Positions 36,207 through 46,100 of a stretch of 64,000 nt of DNA are shown in pieces. The translations under genes were made by a program, and so were the position numbers. The DNA lies in contig DAHVAR010000238.1 of the NCBI GenBank assembly GCA_027314515.1, forward strand, positions 6,882-70,881, in the 5' to 3' direction. A model generated the notes under the pieces. The model ran no database searches and was not told the origin of the DNA. It saw nothing but the letters and a program-made list of their open reading frames with translations. The stretch's first letter is position 1. Each line of letters opens with the position of its first letter. The stretch is from Actinomycetota bacterium. GTDB lineage: Bacteria; Actinomycetota; Actinomycetes; Streptosporangiales; Streptosporangiaceae.

Positions 36207-37421
36207 TTACCTCCCTGGCCGCTTCACTGCGCCGCGTGGGTCTGGCGACCGGGGGTCGCTAGCGGGCGCGGCCGCAGTGCCTGCCCTCACAGTGTCGCGC
36301 ACCCTTGCCACGATCGGCGGCAGCGCGTCAAGGAACTCGCTCACTGCTGCTGCACTGACATCACGGGGCAGCGATACCCGCACGTTCCCGTGGGTAAGCG
36401 CGCCCATAGCGGCGAGCACGTGGCTCGGCTGCCCGCTCCCGGCCGCGCAGGCGCTGCCGGACGAAACTGAAAAGCCCGCCCGGTCAAGTTCGGTGACCAG
36501 CGCCTCGCCATCGACGTACAGGCACGAGAAGGTGACGATGTGCGGCAGCCGCGCCGCTGGGTCGCCGTGCACGACGGAATCCGGCACAGTCCGCGGTACC
36601 TCCGAGCGGATCCTGTCGACCAGAGCGCGCAGCGCGGTGTCGGTACTGCCGCGTTCCCTGCTCACTGCCGTCAGGGACGCGGCGGCGGCCAGCACCGCCG
36701 GCACGTTCGGGAAGCCCGGAACCCGCCGGTTCTCCCGGTCGTCGGCCGGGAACGGCTCACGCCAGCGGGTTCCCTTGCGCACGGCCAGCACGCCCACGCC
36801 GGCCGGCCCGCCCCACTTGCGCGCGCTCGCGGTGAGCAGCGCCCAGCCGCCGGGCACCGGCATCCGGCCGGCTGAGGCCGCGATGTCCACCAGGAGGGGA
36901 ACGCCGGAATCCAGGCAGGCGGCCGTCACCTCAGCGACCGGCTGGAGGGTGCCAACTTCCTGATTGGCGGACTGCAGGCAGGCCAGCAGGGTGCGGTCAC
37001 GCTGCACCGCGGCGGCAAACTCGGTCACGTCCGCCCGGCCGGCCTGGTCGACTCCGGTGATCGTGACAGCGGTACCGGTCCGTCGCGCCAGCCAGTCGGC
37101 GGCGGCCAGCACGCTGGAGTGCTCGACGGCGCTCTCGACCAGGTGCCCGGGGCCGCGCGCGGCGGACTGCCTGGCCTGCACGGCACCGAGTACGGCCAGG
37201 TGCACCGCCTGGGTGCCCGAGCTCGTGAACGACAGTTCGTCCGGGCGGCAGCCAAGCTCAGCCGCCGTCGCCTCCCTCGCCTGGTCAAGCAGCAACTGCG
37301 CCCGCCTGCCCTCGCGGTGCAGCCGGGCCGGGTCGGCCCAGCCTTCGTCCAGGGCAGCGAGCAGCGCTTCCCGGCCGCTGCGGTGCAGTGGCTCGGCCGA
37401 GGCCGCGTCGAAATACGCCAC
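36207..37421 (-). CDS. Cysteine desulfurase / class V aminotransferase
   Basis: VAYFDAASAEPL... start, an SSGSACAAG active-site Cys loop, and class V fold-like length. I prefer GTG 37421, because the ORF-track start at 37607 adds 62 non-conserved-looking residues. Confidence 0.8.
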   Translation of the reverse strand: MAYFDAASAEPLHRSGREALLAALDEGWADPARLHREGRRAQLLLDQAREATAAELGCRPDELSFTSSGTQAVHLAVLGAVQARQSAARGPGHLVESAVEHSSVLAAADWLARRTGTAVTITGVDQAGRADVTEFAAAVQRDRTLLACLQSANQEVGTLQPVAEVTAACLDSGVPLLVDIAASAGRMPVPGGWALLTASARKWGGPAGVGVLAVRKGTRWREPFPADDRENRRVPGFPNVPAVLAAAASLTAVSRERGSTDTALRALVDRIRSEVPRTVPDSVVHGDPAARLPHIVTFSCLYVDGEALVTELDRAGFSVSSGSACAAGSGQPSHVLAAMGALTHGNVRVSLPRDVSAAAVSEFLDALPPIVARVRDTVRAGTAAAPASDPRSPDPRGAVKRPGR

Positions 37422-37649
37422 GTCACCGACTCTAGGCGCCCGCCCGGCAGCCAGCTGACCCGGCCGCCGGGGCGCTGGCTGACCGGCCGGCAAGCCCCGG
37501 TAACGCCACGCCGGTAACGAATTGTCGCGGAGGCCGGGGGTACCCCCTGCCTGCAGCCGGGGTCGTTGTACTGTTTTCCACGACAGGCTGTAGGACGTCG
37601 AACTCAACCGGCCGCTGACGCCGGGACTTAGCTGCTGGGAAGGCCACCT

Positions 37650-38537
37650 GTGAGTCCCAACAATCGTGCCGAGGAGCCCCGGCCCGGCGCGCCAGGCCGC
37701 GGGTCACCGGCGCGGCTGCTCCGGCGCTGGCTGCCGCGTGCCGCCGCGGCCGTTGCGCTGGCTCTCCTCACGACAGGCTGCGATTCCTCGTGGGTAGATA
37801 ACCTCGGGCTGCGCAATCCGCTCACCACCCAGGCTAAGCTGACCGTCCATCTGTGGCAGGGCGCGTGGATCGCCGCGTTCTGCGTCGGGGCGGTGGTCTG
37901 GGGCGGGATCTTGTGGGCGGTGATCTTCCATCGCAAGCGCAGCGACGCGATCCCGTACCAGGTCAGGTACAACCTGCCGATCGAGATCATGTACACGGTG
38001 GTCCCGTTCATCATGGTCGGCGTGCTGTTTTACTTCACCGCGCGCGACGAGAACAGGATCGACGCGCTGTCCCCCCATCCGCAGGTCGTCGTCGACGTCA
38101 CCGGCTTCCAGTGGAGCTGGGAGTTCCAGTACCCGCAGTACGCGGTCAGGAACTCGGCTAACGGCGTCACCGAGGTCGGCCAGATGTGGAACGGCACGCT
38201 CGGCCCTGGTGACAACGAGAAATACCTGCCGCTGCTGGAGATCCCCGATCACGAGACGGTCCGGTTCAACCTGACCTCTAACGACGTGATCCACTCGTTC
38301 TGGGTGCTGCCCTTCGACTTCAAGCGCGACGTCATTCCCGGTCACCCGAACCACTTCCAGGTGACGCCGACGGCCACGCTGTACAGCGGTCCTGACACCA
38401 TCGGCCGGTGCTCGGAGCTGTGCGGCCTGTACCACAGCCGAATGCTGTTCCGGATCAAGATCGTGACTCCCGCCCAGTTCAAGTCATGGATTACCGCGCA
38501 GCAGAAGCTGCAGAACGCATCTGGGGGCGCTCAGTGA
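37650..38537 (+). CDS. ctaC: aa3-type cytochrome c oxidase subunit II
   Basis: CuA motif HSFWV...[12 protein letters not shown], a lipobox-like LLTTGC, and two N-terminal TM helices. Confidence 0.95.
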   Translation: MSPNNRAEEPRPGAPGRGSPARLLRRWLPRAAAAVALALLTTGCDSSWVDNLGLRNPLTTQAKLTVHLWQGAWIAAFCVGAVVWGGILWAVIFHRKRSDAIPYQVRYNLPIEIMYTVVPFIMVGVLFYFTARDENRIDALSPHPQVVVDVTGFQWSWEFQYPQYAVRNSANGVTEVGQMWNGTLGPGDNEKYLPLLEIPDHETVRFNLTSNDVIHSFWVLPFDFKRDVIPGHPNHFQVTPTATLYSGPDTIGRCSELCGLYHSRMLFRIKIVTPAQFKSWITAQQKLQNASGGAQ

Positions 38538-40246
38538 CGGCCTACAACGAGTCCGTTCCGGTCGGCGTGACCGGCCTCCCGGCGACTCGGCGCACCTACC
38601 GCAAGGGCTCGGTCCTGGCGGACTGGCTGTCCTCGACTGACCACAAGATCATCGGTCACCTGTACCTGATCACGTCGTTCGGGTTCTTCATGATCGGCGG
38701 CCTGATGGCGATGATCATGCGGGCGCAGCTGATGGGCCCGGACAACCACATCGTGTCCGACCAGCAGTACAACGAGTTGTTCACCATGCACGGCACGATC
38801 ATGCTGCTGCTGTTCGCCACGCCGCTGTTCGTGGGGTTCGCGAACGAGATCATGCCGCTGCAGATCGGCGCGCCGGACGTGGCGTTCCCGCGGCTGAACC
38901 TGCTCAGCTATTACATGTTCACCTTCGGCGGGCTGATCCTGCTGGTGAGCTTCCTGACGCCGGGCGGGGCCGCCTCGTTCGGCTGGTATGCCTACTCGCC
39001 GCTGACCAACGCGCAGTACTCGCCTGGCCTCGGCGGCGACATGTGGATCATGGGCCTGGTGCTGTCCGGCCTCGGCACGATCCTCGGCGGCGTGAACTTC
39101 GTCACCACGATCCTGTGCATGCGCGCGCCGGGCATGACCATGTTCCGGATGCCGATCTTCACCTGGAACATCCTGCTGACCTCGATGCTGGTCCTGCTGG
39201 CGTTCCCGGTGCTGGCCGCCGCGCTGCTGGTACTGGAGATCGACAGGAAGCTCGGCGCGCAGGTGTTCTCGGCCAACAGCGGCGGCGCCATCTTGTGGCA
39301 GCACTTGTTCTGGTTCTTCGGCCATCCCGAGGTCTATATCGTGGCGTTGCCGTTCTTCGGCATCGCCACCGAGATCCTGCCGGTCTTCTCCCGCAAGCCG
39401 CTGTTCGGCTACAAGGGCCTGGTCGCGGCCACGATCGCGATCGCCGGCCTGTCGCTGACGGTGTGGGCGCATCACATGTTCACCACCGGCGCGGTGCTGC
39501 TGCCGTTCTTCTCGTTCATGACGTTCCTGATCGCGGTGCCTACCGGAGTGAAGTTCTTCAACTGGGTCGGCACGATCTGGCGCGGCCAGATCACCTTCGA
39601 AGCACCGATGCTGTTCATCCTCGGGTTCATGGCCGTGTTCCTGTTCGGCGGCCTGACCGGCGTCATCCTCGCTTCCCCGCCGCTGGACTTCGCGGTCAGC
39701 GACTCCTACTTCGTGGTGGCGCACTTCCATTACGTGCTGTTCGGCACCGTGGTGTTCTGCATGTTCGGCGGGTTCTACTTCTGGTGGCCGAAGTGGACCG
39801 GGAAAATGCTGGACAACCGGCTCGGCCAGTGGCATTTCTGGCTCGTCTTCCTCAGCTTCAACGGCACGTTCCTGGTGCAGCACTGGCTGGGCCTGATGGG
39901 CATGCCACGGCGGATCGCGAATTATCCGTTCCTGCCGCACCTGGCCACGACGCTGAACGACATCTCCTCAGTCAGCTCGTTCGTGCTCGGCGCATCGACG
40001 TTCGTCTTCCTTTACAACGTCTACAAGACCTGGAAGACGGGGGAGACCGTCACCGCGGACGACCCGTGGGGCTTCGCCAACTCGCTGGAGTGGGCGACCT
40101 CCTGCCCGCCGCCCCGGCACAATTTCACCGCCATTCCCCGGATCAGGTCCGAGCGGCCGGCCTTCGACCTGCATTACCCGCACATCAGGTCGGGTCGTGA
40201 CCGGGAACTGGAGCATCAGCAGCAGTCGATCGGAGCCCGCTCGTGA
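38534..40246 (+). CDS. ctaD: Cytochrome c oxidase subunit I
   Basis: [21 protein letters not shown], and HHMFT plus HFHYVLFG motifs. The GTG 38534 start overlaps the ctaC stop (GTGA). Confidence 0.95.
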   Translation: MTAYNESVPVGVTGLPATRRTYRKGSVLADWLSSTDHKIIGHLYLITSFGFFMIGGLMAMIMRAQLMGPDNHIVSDQQYNELFTMHGTIMLLLFATPLFVGFANEIMPLQIGAPDVAFPRLNLLSYYMFTFGGLILLVSFLTPGGAASFGWYAYSPLTNAQYSPGLGGDMWIMGLVLSGLGTILGGVNFVTTILCMRAPGMTMFRMPIFTWNILLTSMLVLLAFPVLAAALLVLEIDRKLGAQVFSANSGGAILWQHLFWFFGHPEVYIVALPFFGIATEILPVFSRKPLFGYKGLVAATIAIAGLSLTVWAHHMFTTGAVLLPFFSFMTFLIAVPTGVKFFNWVGTIWRGQITFEAPMLFILGFMAVFLFGGLTGVILASPPLDFAVSDSYFVVAHFHYVLFGTVVFCMFGGFYFWWPKWTGKMLDNRLGQWHFWLVFLSFNGTFLVQHWLGLMGMPRRIANYPFLPHLATTLNDISSVSSFVLGASTFVFLYNVYKTWKTGETVTADDPWGFANSLEWATSCPPPRHNFTAIPRIRSERPAFDLHYPHIRSGRDRELEHQQQSIGARS

Positions 40247-40638
40247 AAGTAGAGGCGTACCTGTTCCTGGGCTGCGCGACCTTCTTCGGCGCGTCAGACG
40301 TCGTCTACTGGTACTTCTCGCACGACCCGACGGGTACCACGGCCCTCGCGCTGGCGGTCTGCCTGGCCTTCCTGGTCGGCTTCTACCTGCTGTTCACCGG
40401 CCGCCGGCTGCCCGAGCGGCCAGAGGACAACCCTGACGGCGAGATCGACGAGGGCGTGGGCGAGCTGGGCTTCTTCAGCCCGCACAGCTGGTGGCCGCTG
40501 TTCGTCGGCCTGGCCGCCGCCACGGCGGCGCTCGGCGTTGCCGTCGGCTGGTGGCTGTTCCTGATCGGGTTGCTGGCGACTCTGCTGGCGGTCATCGGCT
40601 TCGTGTTCGAGTACTACCGCGGCCACTACGCGCACTGA
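40243..40638 (+). CDS. ctaF: Cytochrome c oxidase subunit IV (actinobacterial CtaF)
   Basis: 131 aa with 4 TM helices: [25 protein letters not shown]... Overlaps the ctaD stop by 4 nt. Confidence 0.85.
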   Translation: MKVEAYLFLGCATFFGASDVVYWYFSHDPTGTTALALAVCLAFLVGFYLLFTGRRLPERPEDNPDGEIDEGVGELGFFSPHSWWPLFVGLAAATAALGVAVGWWLFLIGLLATLLAVIGFVFEYYRGHYAH

Positions 40639-40700
40639 TCCGGCTGGCGCTCGCGGTGCTCGGGCGTTGCTGCTCGCCGGGAACGGCGGTAGCTGCCACG

Positions 40701-41195
40701 TTAGCCGGGCTTAGCCGCGACGATCATGAAGCGGCGGCCGCGCACGGTCAGCGGCCGCGGTTGCGGGGACTCGTGCGCTGTTCGCAAGCGCGCGGCGCAG
40801 GCGTCGAGGCTGAACCCCGGGATGGCCCAGCTGACCGCGCGCAGGTAATGCATAACCGCGCCGACGTCCCGGAAGTAACGCTCCTCGCCGCGAATCGCGG
40901 CCTCTGCAACCAGGCCGGCGCCGCGCAGTTGCTGTCGCGCGAGCGGAAGCCAGCTGTCAGGCTGCTCGGGGATCGCCAGCCCGAGCAGCCGGTACAGGTC
41001 GTCGTAGAGCTGTGGAAGTCGACCTGCTGGGTGATGAACACGCCGCCAGCCGTCAGGACCCGGCTGACCTCGGTCGCCAGGAAGGCCTCGTGCCTGCTGG
41101 CGACGAGCAAGGCCTCGTGCCTGCTGGCGACGGGCGCGAACGCGCCAGCCGTTCACCGCCTCCGGTTCCCATGTCGAGCATGCTGCCGGCCGCTC
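40701..41195 (-). pseudogene. Decayed class I SAM-dependent methyltransferase (frameshifts, internal deletion, 27-bp duplication)
   Basis: Pieces lie in three minus-strand frames. Motif I is LDMGTGGGERLA (about 41156-41190). Next comes VASRHEALLVASRHEAFLATEVSRVLTAGGVFITQQVD. The C-terminal part is LYDDLYRLLGL...FRDVGAVMHYLRAVSWAIPGFS...FMIVAAKPG. About 50 residues expected between motif I and SRHEAF are missing. Confidence 0.7.
41082..41132. repeat. 27-bp-period direct duplication inside the methyltransferase pseudogene
   Basis: AAGGCCTCGTGCCTGCTGGCGACG occurs at 41082-41105 and again at 41109-41132. Confidence 0.95.
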
Positions 41196-41215
41196 CGGCC
41201 CGGCGGGCGAGCAAG

Positions 41216-41250
41216 CATCAGGCCCGGCGTCAGCGGCGCCGGGCCTGATG
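41216..41250 (-). terminator. Hairpin terminator candidate downstream of qcrB
   Basis: Perfect 14-bp stem: CATCAGGCCCGGCG (41216-41229) pairs with CGCCGGGCCTGATG (41237-41250), with a 7-nt loop. It begins 26 nt past the qcrB stop (41276). Confidence 0.65.
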
Positions 41251-41275
41251 TGATCCGCTGTGTGAGCGATGCCAG

Positions 41276-42955
41276 CTAGTGCTGGTCCTGACCGCCCCGC
41301 TGTTCGGTGCCGGTGCCTGCCGGGAGTGACCCCTGGCCGTGCTCGTCGGCACCGACCGCCTCAAGCGCGTGGCCGTTGCCGTGCCCGTTCCCGTGCGATT
41401 CGGGCAGCGGAACGCTCTCGGTAACGACGTTGTAGAGCCGCTCACGCACCTTGCCGAGAGCGCCGCGCATACCGGGCGGTGGAACCTCGCCCTCGGCTGC
41501 CTCCAGGGACGGCAGCGGCGGCAGCTCGGACCGCGAGGTCAGCACGGCCAGTGCCTCCTCATCGACGGGCCTGGTCTCCTCGATGAACTCGCCGCCAGGC
41601 AGCTGCCTGATGATCCCGGTTTCCACGCCGTGCTCGAGCAGGTGCCTGTCCTTGCGCTGAAGGCCGAGGCAGATCCGCTTGGTGATGATGTAGGCGAGAA
41701 TCGGTGCGACGAGCCACGCGACCCTGGCAATCCAGGTCGTCAGGTACAGCGAGATGTCCAGGTGGTTGGCGATGATGTCGTTGGCGCCCTCAGCCCACAG
41801 GACGCCGTAGAAGGTGATCATCGCGATGCCCAGGGCGGTCCTGGTAGGAGCGTTCCGCGGCCGGTCGTTGAGATGATGCTCGCTCCGGTCGCCGGTGATC
41901 CATTGTTCCAGGAACGGCCAGATCGCGGCGCCGCCGAAGATGATGCCGAGCGGCAGGAGGGCAGGCACGAACACGTTGAAGGCCCAGGTATGGCCGAACA
42001 TTACCCACTGCCAGGCCGGGAACATGCGCAGCGAGCCCTCGAGCGCGCCCATGTAAAAGTCCGGCTGCGAGCCCGCCGACATGGCCACCGGGTTGTACGG
42101 CCCGTACAGCCAGATCGGGTTGATCTGGGCGAACGTCGCGGCCAGCGCCAGGGCTGCGAAGGTGAAGAAGAAGAACGCGCCGGTCTTCGCCATGAAGTAC
42201 GGGTACATCGGCGAGCCCACGACGTTCGTGTTCGTGCGGCCCTTGCCCGGCATCTGGGTGTGCTTCTGATGGAACATCAGGAACAAGTGCACGGTCACCA
42301 GTGCCAGGATCAGGCCCGGTATCACCAGAACGTGCAGGATGTACAGCCGCGGGATGATCTCGTGGCCGGGGAACGGGCCGCCGAACAGGAAGAACGCCAG
42401 GTACGTGCCCACGATCGGGAGCGACTGCAGGATACCCTCGGTGATCCGCAAGCCGGCTCCGGACAGCAGGTCGTCGGGCAGCGAGTAGCCGAAGAGGCCC
42501 TCGAACATGCCGAGGGTGAACAGCACAATGCCGATCAGCCAGTTGATCTCGCGCGGCTTGCGGTAAGCGCCGGTGAAGAAGACCCGGATCATGTGCGCCA
42601 TGATCGCGGCCATGAACAGGTCGGCGGCCCAGTGGTGGATCTCCCTCATGAGCAGGCCGCCGCGGACGTCGAAGCTGATGTTCAGCGTCGAGGCATAGGC
42701 CTCGCTCATCCTGACGCCGCGCAGCGGGATATACGAGCCGTGATAGATGACGTCGGTCATGCTCGGCTGGAACCAGAGCGTCAGGAACGTCCCGGTCAGC
42801 AGCAGGATGATGAACGAGTACAGGATGATCTCGCCGAGCAGGAACGACCAGTGATCGGGGAAGACCTTCCGCAGCAGGACTCGTACGCCACGGGCGCCGT
42901 GCAGCCGGTCGTCGAGGAATGTGCCGACGCCCTCTAGCGCCCTCTCGACGCTCAT
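41276..42955 (-). CDS. qcrB: Cytochrome bc1 complex cytochrome b subunit
   Basis: 559 aa and polytopic. It has the conserved heme-ligand His context (REIHHWAADLFMAAIMAHMIRVFFTGAYRKPRE) and a PEWY-region equivalent. It overlaps the qcrA stop by 4 nt. Confidence 0.95.
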   Translation of the reverse strand: MSVERALEGVGTFLDDRLHGARGVRVLLRKVFPDHWSFLLGEIILYSFIILLLTGTFLTLWFQPSMTDVIYHGSYIPLRGVRMSEAYASTLNISFDVRGGLLMREIHHWAADLFMAAIMAHMIRVFFTGAYRKPREINWLIGIVLFTLGMFEGLFGYSLPDDLLSGAGLRITEGILQSLPIVGTYLAFFLFGGPFPGHEIIPRLYILHVLVIPGLILALVTVHLFLMFHQKHTQMPGKGRTNTNVVGSPMYPYFMAKTGAFFFFTFAALALAATFAQINPIWLYGPYNPVAMSAGSQPDFYMGALEGSLRMFPAWQWVMFGHTWAFNVFVPALLPLGIIFGGAAIWPFLEQWITGDRSEHHLNDRPRNAPTRTALGIAMITFYGVLWAEGANDIIANHLDISLYLTTWIARVAWLVAPILAYIITKRICLGLQRKDRHLLEHGVETGIIRQLPGGEFIEETRPVDEEALAVLTSRSELPPLPSLEAAEGEVPPPGMRGALGKVRERLYNVVTESVPLPESHGNGHGNGHALEAVGADEHGQGSLPAGTGTEQRGGQDQH

Positions 42956-44136
42956 GACCGCTCCCAGAAGCTCGGGCCTACCGGCTCGTTGAACGGCCCG
43001 GTGGCGATGAGATAACCCTCGGAGTCGACGCCGATCGGCAGCTGCGGCAGCGGCCTGGTGGCCGGCCCGAAGATCACCTTGGCGCCTTCAGTGGCCAGGA
43101 AAGTGGACTGATGGCACGGGCACAGGATCCGGTGCGTGGTCTGCTCGTACAGTGCCGCCGGGCAGCCCAGGTGCGTGCAGATCTTGGAGTAGGCCACGAT
43201 GTTGTCCACGGTCCAGTTCGGGACGACCTTGTCGCGCACCGACGGGCCGCCCGGCCGCGCGGGCGGGCCGTAGACCAGCTCGCCCGGCCGGAACTTGATC
43301 AGGCTGACTGCTGCCTTCGCCATCGCGTTGTCGTTGTCGAGGTACCCCTCGGGCCCGACGCTGATGAGCGCGCCGGGGGAGTTGAACTCGGCTGCGGAGA
43401 TGGGCCGGCCAGTGCCGTAGACAAGCAGCCGCAGGCCCTTGCGCCAGACCGTGGTGTCGAGTGAGGTGCCAGGCAACGGGCCCATGTCACGCAGCAGGAA
43501 TATCGGCGCGACGGCCATCGGGATGGTCGCCGCGATCAGCGACCGGCGGATGATGGGGCGCTTGACGAACTGGCTCGCCTCGGCGCCCTCCTGGAAGGTC
43601 TCCTTGAAAGCGGCGCGCTCCTGCGGGGTAGCAGCCATCGGATGCCGGTCCTCGGCCAGCTCGACCGTCGGCATCAGGTGCCGCACCCAGAGCACCGTCC
43701 CGATTCCCAGCAGCAGGAACATCAGCGCCATCGAGCCGCCGAGCGCCAGGTTGGAGTGCAGCACATTGGTGATCGAGCCCACGCCGATCGTGCCGTAGAA
43801 CACCATGAAGGCCAGCCCGGCCAGTCCGGCGACGAGGAAGCAGGCCGCGACGAGTTTCTCGACCCGCTTCGCCCGGCGCGGGTCGTCGGGTTCGGCCGGC
43901 AGTTCCCTGACTGTCTCGCGGCTGATTCCGCCGCCGTCGGCCGCCAGCAGCTTCCTGGCCACCGCCGGCGGCGGCGTGCCGATCACCCGGTGCGGGGCGG
44001 CATGGCCTTCGGGTTCGGCGGCCTGAGCGCCGGGCGGGACAGCTCCGCGGCTCTCGCCTCCGGTCAGGTACTCAGGCCAGGAGAGCTCTCCTGAGTTCCC
44101 GGAGTCGGGCTGTCCTGGGGAGTTGGTGTCACTCAT
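42952..44136 (-). CDS. qcrA: Cytochrome bc1 complex Rieske iron-sulfur subunit
   Basis: Rieske 2Fe-2S boxes CTHLGC and CPCHQS, with N-terminal TM helices. ATG 44136 overlaps the qcrC stop by 8 nt, and the longer ORF-track start at 44292 is unlikely. Confidence 0.9.
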   Translation of the reverse strand: MSDTNSPGQPDSGNSGELSWPEYLTGGESRGAVPPGAQAAEPEGHAAPHRVIGTPPPAVARKLLAADGGGISRETVRELPAEPDDPRRAKRVEKLVAACFLVAGLAGLAFMVFYGTIGVGSITNVLHSNLALGGSMALMFLLLGIGTVLWVRHLMPTVELAEDRHPMAATPQERAAFKETFQEGAEASQFVKRPIIRRSLIAATIPMAVAPIFLLRDMGPLPGTSLDTTVWRKGLRLLVYGTGRPISAAEFNSPGALISVGPEGYLDNDNAMAKAAVSLIKFRPGELVYGPPARPGGPSVRDKVVPNWTVDNIVAYSKICTHLGCPAALYEQTTHRILCPCHQSTFLATEGAKVIFGPATRPLPQLPIGVDSEGYLIATGPFNEPVGPSFWERS

Positions 44137-44935
44137 GAGCCTTCCCGTGCTTCGCAGTGATCCAGAGTGCCGCCAGCACCATGAAAAAGAGCAGGCCGAG
44201 GAACGCCACCAGGCCCTCGGTCGCTGGTCCAACCCGGCCCAGGCTGAACCCGCCGGGGTTCGGCTCCGCGCGGACCTGCGTGACGTAGGCAATGATGTCC
44301 CGCTTCTCCTGCGGCGTGACCGTGAGGTCGTTGAACACCGGCATGGCCTCCGGGCCGGTGAGCATCGCCTCGTAGATCTGGGTGGGCGTGGACTGCGTCA
44401 GGGCCGGAGCGTACTTGCCGTTGGTCAGCGCGCCGCCGGCACCGACGAAGTTGTGGCAGGCCGCGCAGTTCGCGACGAACAGCTGCTGGCCGAGGCCCAC
44501 ATTGGCACCGTAAGTGCTCACCTGAGCGGCTGACGGGATCGGCGGGCCGCCGCCCAGCGACTGGATGTAGGCGGCGACTGCCCTGGTCTGCGACGGGGTC
44601 AGGCGCGGCGGCTTGCGCGGGTTCTCGGCGCCGAGCTTCGCGGCGGGCATCCGGCCGGTACTCACCTGGAAGTCGACCGCGGCGGCGCCGACGCCGATGA
44701 GGCCGGGCGCCTGGCCGTTGACTCCCTGAGCGAACATCCCGTGGCAGGTCGCGCAGTCCTCGAGGAACAGGTTGCGGCCCTGGGCGACCTGCGCCGAGTT
44801 GGCAGACACGGGGGACGACGCGGACGCGCTGCCGCCGGTGATGACGGCATAGGCCATGCCGACGAGGACGAGCACGAAGGCGACGACCAGGTACCCGGCG
44901 GCCGGGTGCCGGCGCCTGGCGGTGATCCAGCTCAC
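44129..44935 (-). CDS. qcrC: Cytochrome bc1 complex diheme cytochrome c subunit
   Basis: Two CxxCH heme c motifs (CATCHG, CAACHN), an N-terminal signal/anchor and a C-terminal TM helix. Confidence 0.95.
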   Translation of the reverse strand: MSWITARRRHPAAGYLVVAFVLVLVGMAYAVITGGSASASSPVSANSAQVAQGRNLFLEDCATCHGMFAQGVNGQAPGLIGVGAAAVDFQVSTGRMPAAKLGAENPRKPPRLTPSQTRAVAAYIQSLGGGPPIPSAAQVSTYGANVGLGQQLFVANCAACHNFVGAGGALTNGKYAPALTQSTPTQIYEAMLTGPEAMPVFNDLTVTPQEKRDIIAYVTQVRAEPNPGGFSLGRVGPATEGLVAFLGLLFFMVLAALWITAKHGKAHE

Positions 44936-44954
44936 AGCTAACCCCAGTTCCCGC

Positions 44955-45593
44955 TCAGTGGATCAGGTAGATGGTGGTGAACAGGCCGATCCAGACCACG
45001 TCGACGAAGTGCCAGTAGTAGGACACGACGATGGCGCTGGTCTGCTGCTCGAGCGTGAACTTCTTGGCGGCGAACGTCCTGCCGAGCAGGAACAAGAACG
45101 CGACCAGCCCGCCTGCGACGTGGAGGCCGTGGAATCCCTCGGTCAGGTAGAACACCGACCCGTAGTTGCTGGAGGCCACGGTGACGTGCTGGTCGTGGAT
45201 GAGGGACAGCCACTCCCAGCCCTGGCCGAGGTCGAAGTACAAGCCCATGAAGAAGGTCAGCACATACCACTCGCGCAGGCCCCACTGCGGCACGTTCCAG
45301 ATGCGGCCGCCCCGCCTGATCTGGTGCCGCTCAACCGCGAACACGCCCATCTGGCAGGTGACGCTGGACAGCAGCAGCACGATCGTGTTGATCGTGGCGA
45401 GCCGCAGGTCGAGGTGCGCCTGCGGCCACGGCTGGCCCAGGCCCTTGTCAACTGAGCGGATGGTGTAGTACATCGCGAACAGGGCTGCGAAGAACATCAG
45501 CTCGGACGACAGCCAGATGATCGTGCCCACGCTCACGAGGTTGGGCCGGCTGGTAATCCCGCGCGGGGTTACCTCAGTAGATGCTGTGACCAC
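44955..45593 (-). CDS. ctaE: Cytochrome c oxidase subunit III
   Basis: [32 protein letters not shown] and the C-terminal [15 protein letters not shown] motifs. GTG 45593 gives about 212 aa, similar to the Streptomyces CtaE length as recalled. Confidence 0.9.
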   Translation of the reverse strand: MVTASTEVTPRGITSRPNLVSVGTIIWLSSELMFFAALFAMYYTIRSVDKGLGQPWPQAHLDLRLATINTIVLLLSSVTCQMGVFAVERHQIRRGGRIWNVPQWGLREWYVLTFFMGLYFDLGQGWEWLSLIHDQHVTVASSNYGSVFYLTEGFHGLHVAGGLVAFLFLLGRTFAAKKFTLEQQTSAIVVSYYWHFVDVVWIGLFTTIYLIH

Positions 45594-45660
45594 GGGGCCA
45601 TTATTACGACACCGCGTAGGCGTGCGTAGCCCGACCCCCCGGGTCGGTACCATCCATGAC

Positions 45661-46062
45661 ATGAAGGTTGTCGTTTATAGCCATGATGCCGGGACCCGGA
45701 GCCGGGTGCGGCTCGCGATCGGCCGCCGTCCGGCCCCTGACGTGCCGGAGGCCGAGATCATCGAGGTGGCCACCGAGCCGATGCTGTTCCGGCTGCTGGA
45801 TGCCGGCGGAGTGGACGTGATGATCGTGGATGGCGAGGCTCAGCCGGCTGGCGGGATGGGGGTCTGCCGCCAGGCCAAGGACGAGATCTACAATTGCCCG
45901 CCGGTGCTGCTGATCATCGGCCGGCCGGCCGATGGCTGGCTTGCCACCTGGTCGCGGGCTGAGGCTGTGGTCAGCCACCCGATCGACCCGGTGGAGGTGG
46001 CCAGGGAACTTGCCGCGCTGATGCGCCAGCGGGCGGCCGGCAGCACAGTCGTCAAGGCCTAG
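45661..46062 (+). CDS. Stand-alone receiver-like (CheY-fold) protein with an atypical active site
   Basis: 133 aa: MKVVVYSHD..., [16 protein letters not shown] (candidate acceptor Asp), [28 protein letters not shown]. The order of beta-alpha elements matches receiver domains. There is no output domain. Confidence 0.6.
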   Translation: MKVVVYSHDAGTRSRVRLAIGRRPAPDVPEAEIIEVATEPMLFRLLDAGGVDVMIVDGEAQPAGGMGVCRQAKDEIYNCPPVLLIIGRPADGWLATWSRAEAVVSHPIDPVEVARELAALMRQRAAGSTVVKA

Positions 46063-46100
46063 CGGGCCAAGCCCAGCAGACCATACCGAGGTGGCCGCAG

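Noticed and set aside
37566-37583. Rex (redox repressor) operator overlapping a possible ctaC promoter (TTGTACTGTTTTCCACGA)
   Set aside because: It matches only about 9 of 14 specified positions of the TTGTGAA-N4-TTCACAA consensus as I recall it. That is too weak to call.
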